Shown: positions 15,994 through 25,739, numbered from the stretch's first letter. The stretch: 38,159 bases of DNA from an uncultured Bacteroidaceae bacterium (GCA_964547605.1 CAZJOL010000003.1:1-38159); one strand, 5' to 3'. Numbers and translations are program-made. Notes: generated by a model not told the origin, from the sequence alone.

Positions 15994-16494
15994 ATGGCAA
16001 GAGTTATTTCCACCCTCAGCATGATAGTCGCCGCTGACTCGAAAAACGGCATTGGCATTAAAAATACGCTACCCTGGCATTTGTCCGACGATCTGAAAAG
16101 ATTCAAGGAAATTACCACAGGGCACACGGTAATAATGGGTCGCAACACCTGGTTTTCGCTCCCGAAGCGGCCTTTGCCCAACCGGCGAAATGTGGTGCTC
16201 ACTCCCGATCCGCTTGGAGAGCCGGGTGCAGATGAAGTGAGAACTATGGATGAAGTTTTTGAACTTTGTAAGAAAGACACTGAAAATTTTGTTATCGGAG
16301 GAGCAAGCATGTATGAGCAGTTGCTGCCTCACACGTCAAAGTTGTATCTCACCTGCGTGGATGGTGAATATGACACTGACACTTTTTTCCCGGAGCTTAA
16401 TGAAAAAGAATGGGAACTTGTTGAAGAATCAGATATAATGGCTGATTCGAAAAGCGGCATACAATATCAGTATCTGATTTTTATCCGGATATAA
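15994..16494 (+). CDS. folA: Dihydrofolate reductase
   Basis: SMIVAADSKNGIGIKNTLPWHLSDDLKRFKEITTGHTVIMGRNTW, followed by VIGGASMY. Confidence 0.95.
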   Translation: MARVISTLSMIVAADSKNGIGIKNTLPWHLSDDLKRFKEITTGHTVIMGRNTWFSLPKRPLPNRRNVVLTPDPLGEPGADEVRTMDEVFELCKKDTENFVIGGASMYEQLLPHTSKLYLTCVDGEYDTDTFFPELNEKEWELVEESDIMADSKSGIQYQYLIFIRI

Positions 16495-16527
16495 AGTTGT
16501 GCGAAGTTTTTAAACTTCGCACAACTT
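16494..16527 (+). terminator. Long perfect hairpin at the folA stop
   Basis: AAGTTGTGCGAAGTTT / AAACTTCGCACAACTT, 16-nt arms around TT. There is no U-tract. Confidence 0.55.
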
Positions 16528-16554
16528 ATGATGGTCTAAAACATAAAATCAATC

Positions 16555-17388
16555 ATGAAACAAAGCTTCTTTTTTCTGCTTGCGCTCGCATTGAGTGCAC
16601 TGACTATTTTGTCATCGTGTAAGAAAGATGATGATGACAACAAGAACGATTATCAGTCAGCCGTTGACAACGTTACTGCTGAAACCATGTTCAGCGATGT
16701 GTTCAAGCAGGCTACCGATGGAATGATTGCTGCGCAGGATTCTGCCGAAGGCAGTAAGAATTGCATGGAATCGATGGCTACATGCGCAACACTGACCATC
16801 ACTCCGTTTGACCTGACAACATTTCCCAAAACAGTTACGGTTGATTTCGGAACAACCAATTGCCTTGGCTCTGATGGCCGCTACAGGCGCGGAGTTGTGA
16901 CAATGTCAACAACCGGCTGGTATCGCGATAGCACAACAATTATTACTGTAACGCCACAGAATTATTATGTAAACGATAACCTGGTGCAGGGAACAAAAAC
17001 AATTACCAACATGGGGCACAACCTGGCGGGAAATCTGGTGTATGCTCTTTTTATTGATGGAACAGTTACAAATACAAATGGCACCATTGAATGGACATCA
17101 ACCAGACAGCATGAATGGATTGAAGGCGAATCCACAGTTTTTTATCCATGGGACGATGTTTATCTGATCACCGGAACAGCAGAAGGAGTGAATATCAATA
17201 ATGAAGAATTTAATGTCGTTGTTAATACAGCATTACGCGTTCAGGTTGGCTGCCGCTGGATTACAGCCGGATCGCTGACTCTCACCAGCGGAGACTTCAC
17301 CATGCTTGTCAACTACGGTGACGGCGCCTGCGATGCCGCAGCCACTGTAACAATCAACGGGGCCGTATATAATATTTCCATGTCGTAA
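16555..17388 (+). CDS. Hypothetical lipoprotein
   Basis: Lipobox-type signal MKQSFFFLLALALSALTILSSC followed by KKDDDDNK. I recognise no family. Confidence 0.65.
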   Translation: MKQSFFFLLALALSALTILSSCKKDDDDNKNDYQSAVDNVTAETMFSDVFKQATDGMIAAQDSAEGSKNCMESMATCATLTITPFDLTTFPKTVTVDFGTTNCLGSDGRYRRGVVTMSTTGWYRDSTTIITVTPQNYYVNDNLVQGTKTITNMGHNLAGNLVYALFIDGTVTNTNGTIEWTSTRQHEWIEGESTVFYPWDDVYLITGTAEGVNINNEEFNVVVNTALRVQVGCRWITAGSLTLTSGDFTMLVNYGDGACDAAATVTINGAVYNISMS

Positions 17389-17390
17389 AA

Positions 17391-17540
17391 ACTTTTCCAA
17401 CCTGAAAAAACTTTTCCACCCCCGAGAAAACTTTTCCACCCCCGAGAAAACTTTTCCACCCCCGAGAAAACTTTTCCAAAGTTTCAAACTTTGGAAAAGT
17501 TAGGGGGTGTAAAAGTTAGGGGGTGTAAAAGTTTTAAGGC
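17391..17540. repeat. Composite tandem-repeat and inverted-repeat element filling the whole spacer between convergent genes
   Basis: The 20-bp unit CTTTTCCACCCCCGAGAAAA is perfect at 17411, 17431 and 17451, with a degenerate copy at 17391. A central palindrome spans 17469-17501 with 16-nt arms. The 16-bp unit AAAAGTTAGGGGGTGT occurs at 17495 and 17511, with a partial copy at 17527. That unit is the reverse complement of the left unit minus GAGA. Confidence 0.9.
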
Positions 17541-17542
17541 GA

Positions 17543-20500
17543 TTAAACTTCAACAGCCCTCGCTTCGAAATTTTCGGTATCGATGTAGATGATATGCGAG
17601 GATTCAACCATCATTCCGGCATCGGACAGCAGACCTGAATAATGCTGTACCTGTTCGCGGTGCTCTTTCTTTTCACGGCCGGTTTTAAAATCAATCACTT
17701 TCCATTTGTTCTGACTATCGCATGTCATGCGGTCGGGACGCCACACCATTCCATCCTTGTCGGCAATTTCCCTTTCACTCATTACATATTTCCGGCCAGG
17801 GAATGCAAAAGGAAATTTTCCGACTATGGACTGAATAAGCTGAATATATTTTTCTCTCAGGTCGTTTTCAATCCAGCCATTACTCGTGTAGCTATCAATC
17901 ACCGGCAGGATATCATTCTCTTCCGAAATCCTTGAAAGCAATTCATGAATGATTTTGCCTTTCATCGCCGATTCGCGCAGTTCAGCACTATCGAAGCCAG
18001 TTCTGCTTTTGCGCAGCGAATCCAGTGGCTTGTTTGGATTGATCCGGAATGTCGTTACATCAAAACGATTGTGGTTTTTGTTTTTCGGCTTTCTTTTACC
18101 AGGGAATTCTCCAAATGTCCAGCTTGTATAATGTTCATGTGATTCTTCAGAAAAAGAAATGTTTCCGGAACGGATAAAATCGCGGAGGGCTTTTGCGGAG
18201 TCGGTCTGAAGCGGAGTTTCGGCCGGAGCTTCGGGCTCTTTCTTTTTTGATTTGCTGCTTTCTTTGACCGGCTTTTCAGGTGTCAGAAATGAAAACATAA
18301 ACAATTTTTCTACAGCGCGGGTTGTTCCCACATACATCAGATTGATGGTATCCATGACGCTTTTTGTGCGTTCAAGCTGGTATTGTTCGCGCAAATCATC
18401 ACCTGGTGGGTCTTTGGTGTAATTCACCACAGAGTAGGGTATGCCCCATTTTTCCTCATCAACCGGATGCCAGAAAAGATTTCTTTTGATATTTTTTGTT
18501 TCGTCAATATTGAAGTAGGGGATAATCACAATGGGGAACTGGAGCCCTTTTGAGCTGTGTATTGTCATAATGTTCACCGCATCACCTGCATCAGGGACAA
18601 TCACACTGGTAGTCTGTCCTTTCTCCAGCCACCACTGCCAGAGCATGTCGGCATTATAACCGTTATTATCCTGTTGCTTCATGATGGCTTCGCGCAAAAA
18701 TAAAAGGAAAAATCCTCCCGCATCTGAAATGCCCAGTGAATGAATGATAATGTCGAGCTGATCTACAGGTGGCAGAAACACAAGTGATTCAGGGTCCAAC
18801 GGCTCGAATTTCTGCGTAAGATAATTCAACAACATAACGCCACGCACACCTTTTTTCTGAATAAGAAAATTACTTATTTCCGTATCGTCAGCGAAATTGA
18901 TATTGGCGTATTGCTGCAGCAGGAGCCATGTCTCAGTGGCATTGAGATCATCGGTGGGGCAATGGATCAGCCGGTACATGCACATGGCCAGCAAACAGTG
19001 CGGCGAAGTCCGGAACTGAAGCGTTTCGCGGGAGATGACAGGAATCGGTTTTTCAAGACTCATCAGATAGGAACTGATTGCAACCCCGATGTTGTTTTGT
19101 CTGGAAAGTATGGCAATGTCACTCAGGTTGTATTTCAGATCGACACAGTTTCTGATCACCTGCACAATATCTTCGAGCCACTGATTTTTTTTGTCTTTCA
19201 GTTTCCCGCTGTAGATGCGGCATTCAACAAACCCAGCCGTTTCAGCGTTTGGCTTTTGTTCAATCTGATCGTAAACTCCGGCGTAAATATCGAGCTTGTT
19301 TTTGATGGGGTCACTCACTTCTTCGTCGCTCAGGGAGCGGATAAAGCGGGTTTTGATATAATCGTAAAACTTTGAATTGAAATCAACAATATTAATATCC
19401 GAACGGAAATTGAATTCCATATCCTCTTTCTGGAAAGCGCTTCGAATGATGCCTGCAGCTTCCATGGTGTCTTCGCTTCCTTCGAATATTTCAGGAAGTC
19501 CGAGCATAATTTCCACTTTCCCGTTGCGCCAGCGGTAAATGCTTTGTTTCGGATCGCCCACCACCCACGATGTATTGCCGCGGGCAAGCGACTCATGAAT
19601 CAGCGGCAGCAGATTGAGCCATTGCATCAGACTGGTGTCCTGAAATTCATCTATCATAATAGTTTTGTAGCGGCTGCCTGCGCGCAGATAGATGAATGGC
19701 ACCGGCTCCTTGCTAAGCACTTCGCGTATAATGCGGTTGAAATCCGACACAGGCAAAACATTTTTTTCGGACTTGTATTCTTCGCGAAACCTCCAGATCT
19801 CGCTCAGCAAGGCAACTACAGGAAATCGCTTTGCCATCATGCGGCCGTATTTATACGCGGGAATCAATTCAAGAATTTCAAGCAGTAACTCCCGAATGCG
19901 GCTCTCTGTTTCAGGTTTTGGATTGACGAGAAATTGTCCGCTGTCGAGAATTTTTATCATGGTGTTGGAAAGCACTTTTGCATTGAAGCTGATGTTCAGT
20001 GCTTTTATATAAGCATAAATCGTTGCTGAATTTCCTTTTTTTACAAAATCTTCTTCGCCTAAATTTTCTTTTGAGATGATTGAATTTATTTCTTCGAGGT
20101 TTTTCCGGATCTGCGATGCAATGTTTTTGTTTTTCGAAAGCAAGGTGTCAAATGCTTTCATCATTTTGCCAGAGCCGGCTTCCAGCGCGCTGTCCACAGT
20201 GCGAACCGAAGCTTCCTGTGTGAGGTGATGCACAAGCGGCAACAATTCATCGGCCAGTCGCAGCGGACTGTTGTCATCATCCATCTGCATGCGGATGATT
20301 TCCTTTAGCACGCGGGTGATATTGTCATCCAGATTTGCATTGTCGATGATGTTTGAAATAATCAGCTCATTCAGCTCGTCATCTCCGACCGTCACCTCGT
20401 AATTGGCCGGCAGTTCGAGCTCGCGTGCGAATGTGCGTATGATGCGCTGCATGAAACTGTCGATGGTACTGATGGCAATATCGGAATAATGATGCAGCAC

Positions 20501-20788
20501 GTATTTCAACGCACGATCAGCCATCTGGCTTAATTCGGCCGTTGTTTTCTGCGGAAACGCTTTTTGCAAAGCCGGGAGCATCCTGCTGTTTTCAGGTTCG
20601 CGGGCAATTTCGGATAATGAACTGATCAGACGGTCCTTCATTTCTCCGGCCGCCTTATTGGTGAATGTAATGGATAAAATGCGTGAAGCTTCGGTAGGAT
20701 TTGGCAGAATGAGCCGCAGCATTTCAAGTGTGATCCGTTGGGTTTTCCCTGATCCGGCCGAGGCATTTAATAGTGTAAATGATGACAT
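17543..20788 (-). CDS. AddA/RecB-like UvrD-family helicase fused to a C-terminal PD-(D/E)XK nuclease
   Basis: ORF track to 20965; I start at MSSFTLLNASAGSGKTQ (20788). Helicase motifs are ASAGSGKT, TFTNKAAGEM, IMIDEFQDTS, VGDPKQSIYRWR, IHSSKGLQFP and YVGTTRA. The nuclease core is RPDRM...VIDFKTG...QVQHY. Confidence 0.85.
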   Translation of the reverse strand: MSSFTLLNASAGSGKTQRITLEMLRLILPNPTEASRILSITFTNKAAGEMKDRLISSLSEIAREPENSRMLPALQKAFPQKTTAELSQMADRALKYVLHHYSDIAISTIDSFMQRIIRTFARELELPANYEVTVGDDELNELIISNIIDNANLDDNITRVLKEIIRMQMDDDNSPLRLADELLPLVHHLTQEASVRTVDSALEAGSGKMMKAFDTLLSKNKNIASQIRKNLEEINSIISKENLGEEDFVKKGNSATIYAYIKALNISFNAKVLSNTMIKILDSGQFLVNPKPETESRIRELLLEILELIPAYKYGRMMAKRFPVVALLSEIWRFREEYKSEKNVLPVSDFNRIIREVLSKEPVPFIYLRAGSRYKTIMIDEFQDTSLMQWLNLLPLIHESLARGNTSWVVGDPKQSIYRWRNGKVEIMLGLPEIFEGSEDTMEAAGIIRSAFQKEDMEFNFRSDINIVDFNSKFYDYIKTRFIRSLSDEEVSDPIKNKLDIYAGVYDQIEQKPNAETAGFVECRIYSGKLKDKKNQWLEDIVQVIRNCVDLKYNLSDIAILSRQNNIGVAISSYLMSLEKPIPVISRETLQFRTSPHCLLAMCMYRLIHCPTDDLNATETWLLLQQYANINFADDTEISNFLIQKKGVRGVMLLNYLTQKFEPLDPESLVFLPPVDQLDIIIHSLGISDAGGFFLLFLREAIMKQQDNNGYNADMLWQWWLEKGQTTSVIVPDAGDAVNIMTIHSSKGLQFPIVIIPYFNIDETKNIKRNLFWHPVDEEKWGIPYSVVNYTKDPPGDDLREQYQLERTKSVMDTINLMYVGTTRAVEKLFMFSFLTPEKPVKESSKSKKKEPEAPAETPLQTDSAKALRDFIRSGNISFSEESHEHYTSWTFGEFPGKRKPKNKNHNRFDVTTFRINPNKPLDSLRKSRTGFDSAELRESAMKGKIIHELLSRISEENDILPVIDSYTSNGWIENDLREKYIQLIQSIVGKFPFAFPGRKYVMSEREIADKDGMVWRPDRMTCDSQNKWKVIDFKTGREKKEHREQVQHYSGLLSDAGMMVESSHIIYIDTENFEARAVEV

Positions 20789-20904
20789 GAGTTGATGGAG
20801 CGTTTTATTTGCTAATGTAGTGCTTTTTTCCCGGAGGCGATACAACTGACCATTCGCAATTTCATTCGCAGGTAATAAAAAAGTCGTCCTGAAGTTATTA
20901 TTCT

Positions 20905-20912
20905 TAATTTTG
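20905..20912 (+). promoter_or_regulatory. -7 box TAATTTTG for the flippase gene
   Basis: TAnnTTTG match 28 nt upstream of the ATG at 20941. Confidence 0.45.
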
Positions 20913-20940
20913 TGGCCAATGCAAAACAAGATGTGAATCA

Positions 20941-22428
20941 ATGGCTCAGGGAATCTCAAAATCATTCATAAAGTCTTCTTTTATTTACTCTTTCATCGGG
21001 GCACTGCCGCTTGCATCAAGCGTTTTGCTGCTGCCGTTCTATGGGAACTCGGATCTGTTGTCTACAGAGGATTTAGGTTTGCTGGCAATATATATTGCTT
21101 TGAGTGAATTGGTCAGGATTCTTTTTATTTATTCAGCTGATAATTATCTCGGAATAAACTATATCCACAATTCTGATACACCTGAGCAAAAGCGGCGGTT
21201 TATTGGCACGACTGCATTGTTTTTAATTATTTTTGGTGGCGGAATGGCGATGATTTTCTCGGCGGTCGGGGATTTTCTTTTTACTTTCATATTCCCGGGT
21301 AAGGATGTTAGTTTTTACCCGTATGGATTTCTTTCGATCCTGACCGGATTATTTGCAGGAATTTTCAGGGCCTACACAGTTCTTATCGTTTATAGGCAGA
21401 AGCCGCGCCCATATTTCTGGTCTAATATGCTGCATTTTGTTCTGGTGGTTGTTTTTTCTGTTGGCGGATTGTATCTGTTCCCAATGTCTCTCGATGGTCC
21501 GATCTGGGGGCGCTTTATATCCGCTACTGCCACATTTGTCTGGACAATGGTTTATTTTGGTCGCGAAAGTCGTTTCAAATACTCGAAAAGCGTTTTATCA
21601 GACTTGATAAAATACTGTTCCCCTTTGTTTGTATTCTATCTACTTTCATGGATTATTGCCAATATTGACCGCTATTTTATCCTGGGCATTCTGAGCGAGA
21701 AAGATGTTGCTGTTTTCGATTTTGCGGTCAAAATCACATTGATGATTGATTTGGTACAGGGAGGTCTGTCTGCTGCAATCAATCCAAAAGTTTTTCAGAT
21801 TTGGAAACGCAATGGCGACAAGCAGGAAGGATCGGTCGAAATCAATAAGTACTTTAACGGCTTTACAGTGATCAATCAGATCAGCATGCCCCTTCTGTTT
21901 ATTGCAGTAGTTCTTTTTGTTCCGTTGATAATCACAAATACTGACTTGTACCAATCATTCAGTTATCTGCCGGTACTCTTTGCCGGTATGGTTTCGAAAG
22001 TGTGGTTTCTATATCTGCTCACGCCGGTTTACTATTTCAAAAAAACACAAATTCTTCCGTTCGCATTTGCCTTTGTTGCACTAATTCAGGTAATCACAAC
22101 TTATGGATTTATTAATTTGTTTGGCATCGAAGGCGCTGTATGGGCCAATTTCCTGATAAAAATCCTTCAGGTTATTGTCCTGTATTTCTTCGTTAAACGT
22201 TTTTATTCGTTTTCGATAAATGCCTGGAAATTCATTTTTTATCCGGTCATGTATATTCTGATATTGTTGGCAACCACATTGTTTTTCAGCGACGTGAACA
22301 TTTATCTGGTATCGGCATCGCACTTAATTATCCTGATTATAACCGGGTATATCCTTTTCAAAAAAGAGCTCATCCCGTTTTTTAAATCGTTGGCACCCTT
22401 TAAAAAAAATCAGCACTCAATCCAATGA
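20941..22428 (+). CDS. Wzx-like oligosaccharide flippase (MOP/polysaccharide biosynthesis protein family)
   Basis: 495 aa with about 12-14 TM helices. It has the typical N-terminus KSFIKSSFIYSFIGALPLASSVLLLPFY and sits in a glycan-gene context. Confidence 0.7.
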   Translation: MAQGISKSFIKSSFIYSFIGALPLASSVLLLPFYGNSDLLSTEDLGLLAIYIALSELVRILFIYSADNYLGINYIHNSDTPEQKRRFIGTTALFLIIFGGGMAMIFSAVGDFLFTFIFPGKDVSFYPYGFLSILTGLFAGIFRAYTVLIVYRQKPRPYFWSNMLHFVLVVVFSVGGLYLFPMSLDGPIWGRFISATATFVWTMVYFGRESRFKYSKSVLSDLIKYCSPLFVFYLLSWIIANIDRYFILGILSEKDVAVFDFAVKITLMIDLVQGGLSAAINPKVFQIWKRNGDKQEGSVEINKYFNGFTVINQISMPLLFIAVVLFVPLIITNTDLYQSFSYLPVLFAGMVSKVWFLYLLTPVYYFKKTQILPFAFAFVALIQVITTYGFINLFGIEGAVWANFLIKILQVIVLYFFVKRFYSFSINAWKFIFYPVMYILILLATTLFFSDVNIYLVSASHLIILIITGYILFKKELIPFFKSLAPFKKNQHSIQ

Positions 22429-22549
22429 TGCTTTTTCTTTCGAATAGTCTGCATAAAAATTTTCTAAAATTCCAGGGGGAGGCTTGCAACACTGTTTCGC
22501 TGATTACATTTTGAGTGAGGGTGACCGGGTCATTGGACTAAATATTTAT

Positions 22550-22557
22550 TACCTTTG
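22550..22557 (+). promoter_or_regulatory. -7 box TACCTTTG for the aminotransferase/acetyltransferase/GT56 operon
   Basis: Perfect TAnnTTTG 37 nt upstream of the ATG at 22595. Confidence 0.55.
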
Positions 22558-22594
22558 TGCATTCAGACTGTGTAGTTTGCATTAATTGAAAATT

Positions 22595-23716
22595 ATGCCA
22601 TCAGACCACAAACCAATTTTCGTTACTCAACCTTTTTTACCGCCACTTGAAGAGTTTAATAAAATGCTTCAGGAAATCTGGCAGGCTAAGTGGCTGACCA
22701 ATAATGGTCTGTTTCACCAGAAGTTAGAATCTTCTTTGTGTGATTACCTGGGTGTCAGGAATTTGTCCTTATTTTCCAATGGCACTTTGGCATTGATTAC
22801 CGCTATGCAGAGCATGAAACTGACTGGCGAGGTGATTACAACCCCATTTAGTTTTGTCGCAACTACTCATGCTTTACGCTGGAATGGGATACAACCTGTT
22901 TTTGTAGATATTGAACCAAATACGTTCAATATTGATCCTTCGAAAATTGAGGCTGCCATAACTGATAAAACTACTGCCATTCTTCCAGTGCATGTGTATG
23001 GAAATCCTTGTGATATTGATGCAATTCAAAATATTGCTGACAAATATCAATTAAAAGTGATATACGATGCCGCACATACATTTGGTGTAAATATTAATGG
23101 CGAAAGTGTTTTGAATGCAGGGGACCTTTCAGTTTTAAGTTTTCATGCAACAAAGGTTTTCAATACGCTTGAAGGTGGAGCCATTGTTATGAAAACTTCA
23201 GCGGAGAAAACAAGAATTGATCAGCTGAAAAATTTCGGATTTGTTGATGAGATTACTATTGCAGAAGTAGGCATAAATGCTAAAATGAATGAAGTGCAAG
23301 CCGCTTTCGGATTGTTGCAATTGAAATATGTGGACGAATTAATAAGAAAGAGAAAACATATTGCGGATATGTATAAGGCGGAACTTGCTGATATTGATGG
23401 CTTATATATTATTAAAGATATTGCCGGAGTCAGACACAACTATAGTTATTTCCCGGTTTTGTTTGACAGCAAAAAACTTAAGTCTACAAGAGACGATGTG
23501 TATAACCAGCTGAAGGCTCATAATATTTTTTCACGTCGGTATTTTTACCCGCTTATCAGTAATTTGTCGGCTTATTCGTCACTCGATTCGGCGTCGGAAA
23601 ATCATTTACCTGTTGCAAACCGGGTTGCCGGGCAGGTTTTGTGTTTGCCAATATATGCAGATTTGGCCGAAGAGGATGTAGTACGAATTATCGGCCTTAT
23701 TCGTGAAATTATATGA
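22595..23716 (+). CDS. DegT/DnrJ/EryC1/StrS-family PLP-dependent sugar aminotransferase (probably acting on an NDP-4-keto-6-deoxyhexose)
   Basis: ORF track 22586 (TTG); the ATG is at 22595. IFVTQPFLPPLEEF, TTPFSFVATTHAL, VIYDAAHTFG, and SFHATKVFNTLEGG carrying the PLP lysine. Confidence 0.85.
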   Translation: MPSDHKPIFVTQPFLPPLEEFNKMLQEIWQAKWLTNNGLFHQKLESSLCDYLGVRNLSLFSNGTLALITAMQSMKLTGEVITTPFSFVATTHALRWNGIQPVFVDIEPNTFNIDPSKIEAAITDKTTAILPVHVYGNPCDIDAIQNIADKYQLKVIYDAAHTFGVNINGESVLNAGDLSVLSFHATKVFNTLEGGAIVMKTSAEKTRIDQLKNFGFVDEITIAEVGINAKMNEVQAAFGLLQLKYVDELIRKRKHIADMYKAELADIDGLYIIKDIAGVRHNYSYFPVLFDSKKLKSTRDDVYNQLKAHNIFSRRYFYPLISNLSAYSSLDSASENHLPVANRVAGQVLCLPIYADLAEEDVVRIIGLIREII

Positions 23717-24270
23717 AGACGTCATTTTTGAGCAAAAGTGAATTATTGGAAATTGGTTTTGCCCATGTTGGCGAGAATGTTCGCGTAAGCAGATTTGCGC
23801 ATTTCTATGGAGCAGAAACCATTTCATTAGGCTCAAACTGCCGTGTTGATGATTTTTGTATACTATCCGGTGAAATTAATATTGGTCAGTACTCACACAT
23901 AGCTGCTTATACTGCATTGTATGGTTCAGAAAAGATATGTGTTGGTGATTTTTCGGGATTATCACCGAGATGCACTGTGTTTAGCGCTATGGATGATTTT
24001 TCCGGACAGTTTTTAATTGGGCCGACTTTGCCCGCCGGATATACAAATGTTACCAAAGGGCAGGTGATAATTGGCAATTATTGCCAGATTGGTTCCGGGT
24101 CAATTGTTTTCCCCAATTTATCAATAGGCGAAGGTAGCGTTGTAGGAGCAATGAGTCTGGTGAAAACCGCCCTCAATCCATGGGGGATTTATGCTGGTAA
24201 TCCCGCAGTCTTTCTAAAAGAACGTAAAAAAGATGTACTGAATTTCCATGCTGAAAAATTGTTGAAATAG
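23713..24270 (+). CDS. Left-handed beta-helix (hexapeptide repeat) sugar acetyltransferase, VioB/WbbJ-like
   Basis: Hexapeptide repeats are visible (IGNYCQIGSGSIVFPNLSIGEGSVVGAMSLV). ATGA overlap with the aminotransferase gene. Confidence 0.8.
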   Translation: MKTSFLSKSELLEIGFAHVGENVRVSRFAHFYGAETISLGSNCRVDDFCILSGEINIGQYSHIAAYTALYGSEKICVGDFSGLSPRCTVFSAMDDFSGQFLIGPTLPAGYTNVTKGQVIIGNYCQIGSGSIVFPNLSIGEGSVVGAMSLVKTALNPWGIYAGNPAVFLKERKKDVLNFHAEKLLK

Positions 24271-24274
24271 AGTT

Positions 24275-25435
24275 ATGATTTTACACGTTTTTGATGCCCA
24301 TAACAACTTTATAAATTTTGGGATTGATGGTTTTGAAAAGGCCGGAATCCCTGGTCATTATTTGTATTTTGGGGAAATGAATAATATTAAAAGTCCTGAT
24401 TATCAGAGTAAGGTTACGTGCATTAAATGCGACAAAAGCTCAAAAACAAAAATGCAATCAATCTTAGGGGACTATAAGCTGGTTCTTTTTCATGGTTTAT
24501 TGAACGAAAACGTTTGGGCGTTGAGGCAATTGACCAGATGTTCTGATGCGCCACCTTTTGCATGGATAATTTATGGAGCTGAGCTTTCAAATATTCGCCA
24601 TACATCAGCAAATTATCTTATGCCAAAGACAAGGAGGTTATATTATAAGCATAAGCCATACAGATTGTTGTTTCCTGTTCTCAATATTTTTGAAAGCTTG
24701 TTCCGGACAGGCTTCGTGAAACATATAAGAAAGGTTTCTTATGCAGTTCATTTCATGCATCAGGAGATAAAAGTAGCTTCTGCTGTTTGCAGGAAAGATT
24801 TTACTCCTCTATGGTCTTCGTATGGACAATTGGAGGACTTTATTGGAGCAGAGTTCATGAATAGTCGCTGTAATCGTAATGGAAATATTTTAATTGGAAA
24901 TTCCGCAAGTTATTCTTCAAATCATTTGGAAGCATTTGATTATTTGGGAAAGTCATTTGGCAATTTCGATAGAAAGATTTTTGTTCCATTGAGTTATGGA
25001 AATAAAAAATATGCAAGGGATATTTCAATTGCAGGTGTCGAGAAATTTGGGGAAGTTTTTATTCCACTTGTATCGTTTCTCCCCAGAGAAGAGTATCACG
25101 AAATTTTACTTTCTTGCTCGTGTGTTATAATGAATCACACCAGACAGCAGGCACTGGGCAACATTGTTGTTGCTCTCTGGCTGGGTTCTCGTGTATATAT
25201 CAATGAGAATATTTCGACATATCATTTTTTTAAGGAACAAGGTGTAAAAATCTGCTCATTGTCGGACTTGAATCCGAATGATCCGAATTGTTTTTTAGCG
25301 TTGGATGATCTTGATGTTGCGAAGAACAGAGAGGTTTTAGCTGGACTTTTCTCGAGTAGTAATCATCGGCAACACCTGAGGGAGTCTTTTTTGCAATTCG
25401 GCTTATATGAAAAACAAGCAATAAGCAGAGAGTAG
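24275..25435 (+). CDS. GT56-like glycosyltransferase (WecF-like 4-acetamido-4,6-dideoxyhexosyl transferase)
   Basis: Three blocks align with my recollection of E. coli WecF. ILIGNSASYSSNHLEAF aligns with ILVGNSGDRSNEHIAAL. IFVPLSYGN aligns with VVVPMGYP. NHTRQQALGNIVVALWLGSRVYIN aligns with [22 protein letters not shown]. Confidence 0.7.
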   Translation: MILHVFDAHNNFINFGIDGFEKAGIPGHYLYFGEMNNIKSPDYQSKVTCIKCDKSSKTKMQSILGDYKLVLFHGLLNENVWALRQLTRCSDAPPFAWIIYGAELSNIRHTSANYLMPKTRRLYYKHKPYRLLFPVLNIFESLFRTGFVKHIRKVSYAVHFMHQEIKVASAVCRKDFTPLWSSYGQLEDFIGAEFMNSRCNRNGNILIGNSASYSSNHLEAFDYLGKSFGNFDRKIFVPLSYGNKKYARDISIAGVEKFGEVFIPLVSFLPREEYHEILLSCSCVIMNHTRQQALGNIVVALWLGSRVYINENISTYHFFKEQGVKICSLSDLNPNDPNCFLALDDLDVAKNREVLAGLFSSSNHRQHLRESFLQFGLYEKQAISRE

Positions 25436-25731
25436 ATATTTCATCTGTTTACAGGATAAATACTACTGACCGGAACTCAAAAATGGAATAATTTTGTTTT
25501 CAAAATGAGTAAAAATTCCTCACAAGAGTGCAAATAGAGCAAGCTTCCATGAATTTGCTTGAGCAGAAATATTTTTCTCCATTACCACCTTCTCGCTTTT
25601 TGGATGGATGTCGAATTGAACCAGGGATTCAGTCAATCCACTTTAGATATGTGTGTTTATTAAGTAATTGTCCATTATAGTCTGATAAAATCACAGCAGC
25701 TTATGAACATAAAAATTTTCATTATTATTTT

Positions 25732-25739
25732 TACCTTTG
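25732..25739 (+). promoter_or_regulatory. -7 box TACCTTTG for the YfhO gene
   Basis: Perfect TAnnTTTG 18 nt upstream of the ATG at 25758. The ORF-track TTG at 25737 is inside the box. Confidence 0.55.

Noticed and set aside
17411-17470. Possible CRISPR array (three perfect 20-bp repeats)
   Set aside because: The repeats are directly contiguous with no spacers, there are only three or four copies, no cas genes are nearby, and the element continues as its own inverted complement. It is a tandem-repeat palindrome, not a CRISPR.
25549-25683. 44-codon ORF (MNLLEQKYFSPLPPSRF...) in the 322-bp gap between the GT56-like gene and YfhO
   Set aside because: It has no promoter box and no recognisable family, and it is below the size where coding can be argued from sequence alone. 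It could be a gene remnant, but I cannot support that.
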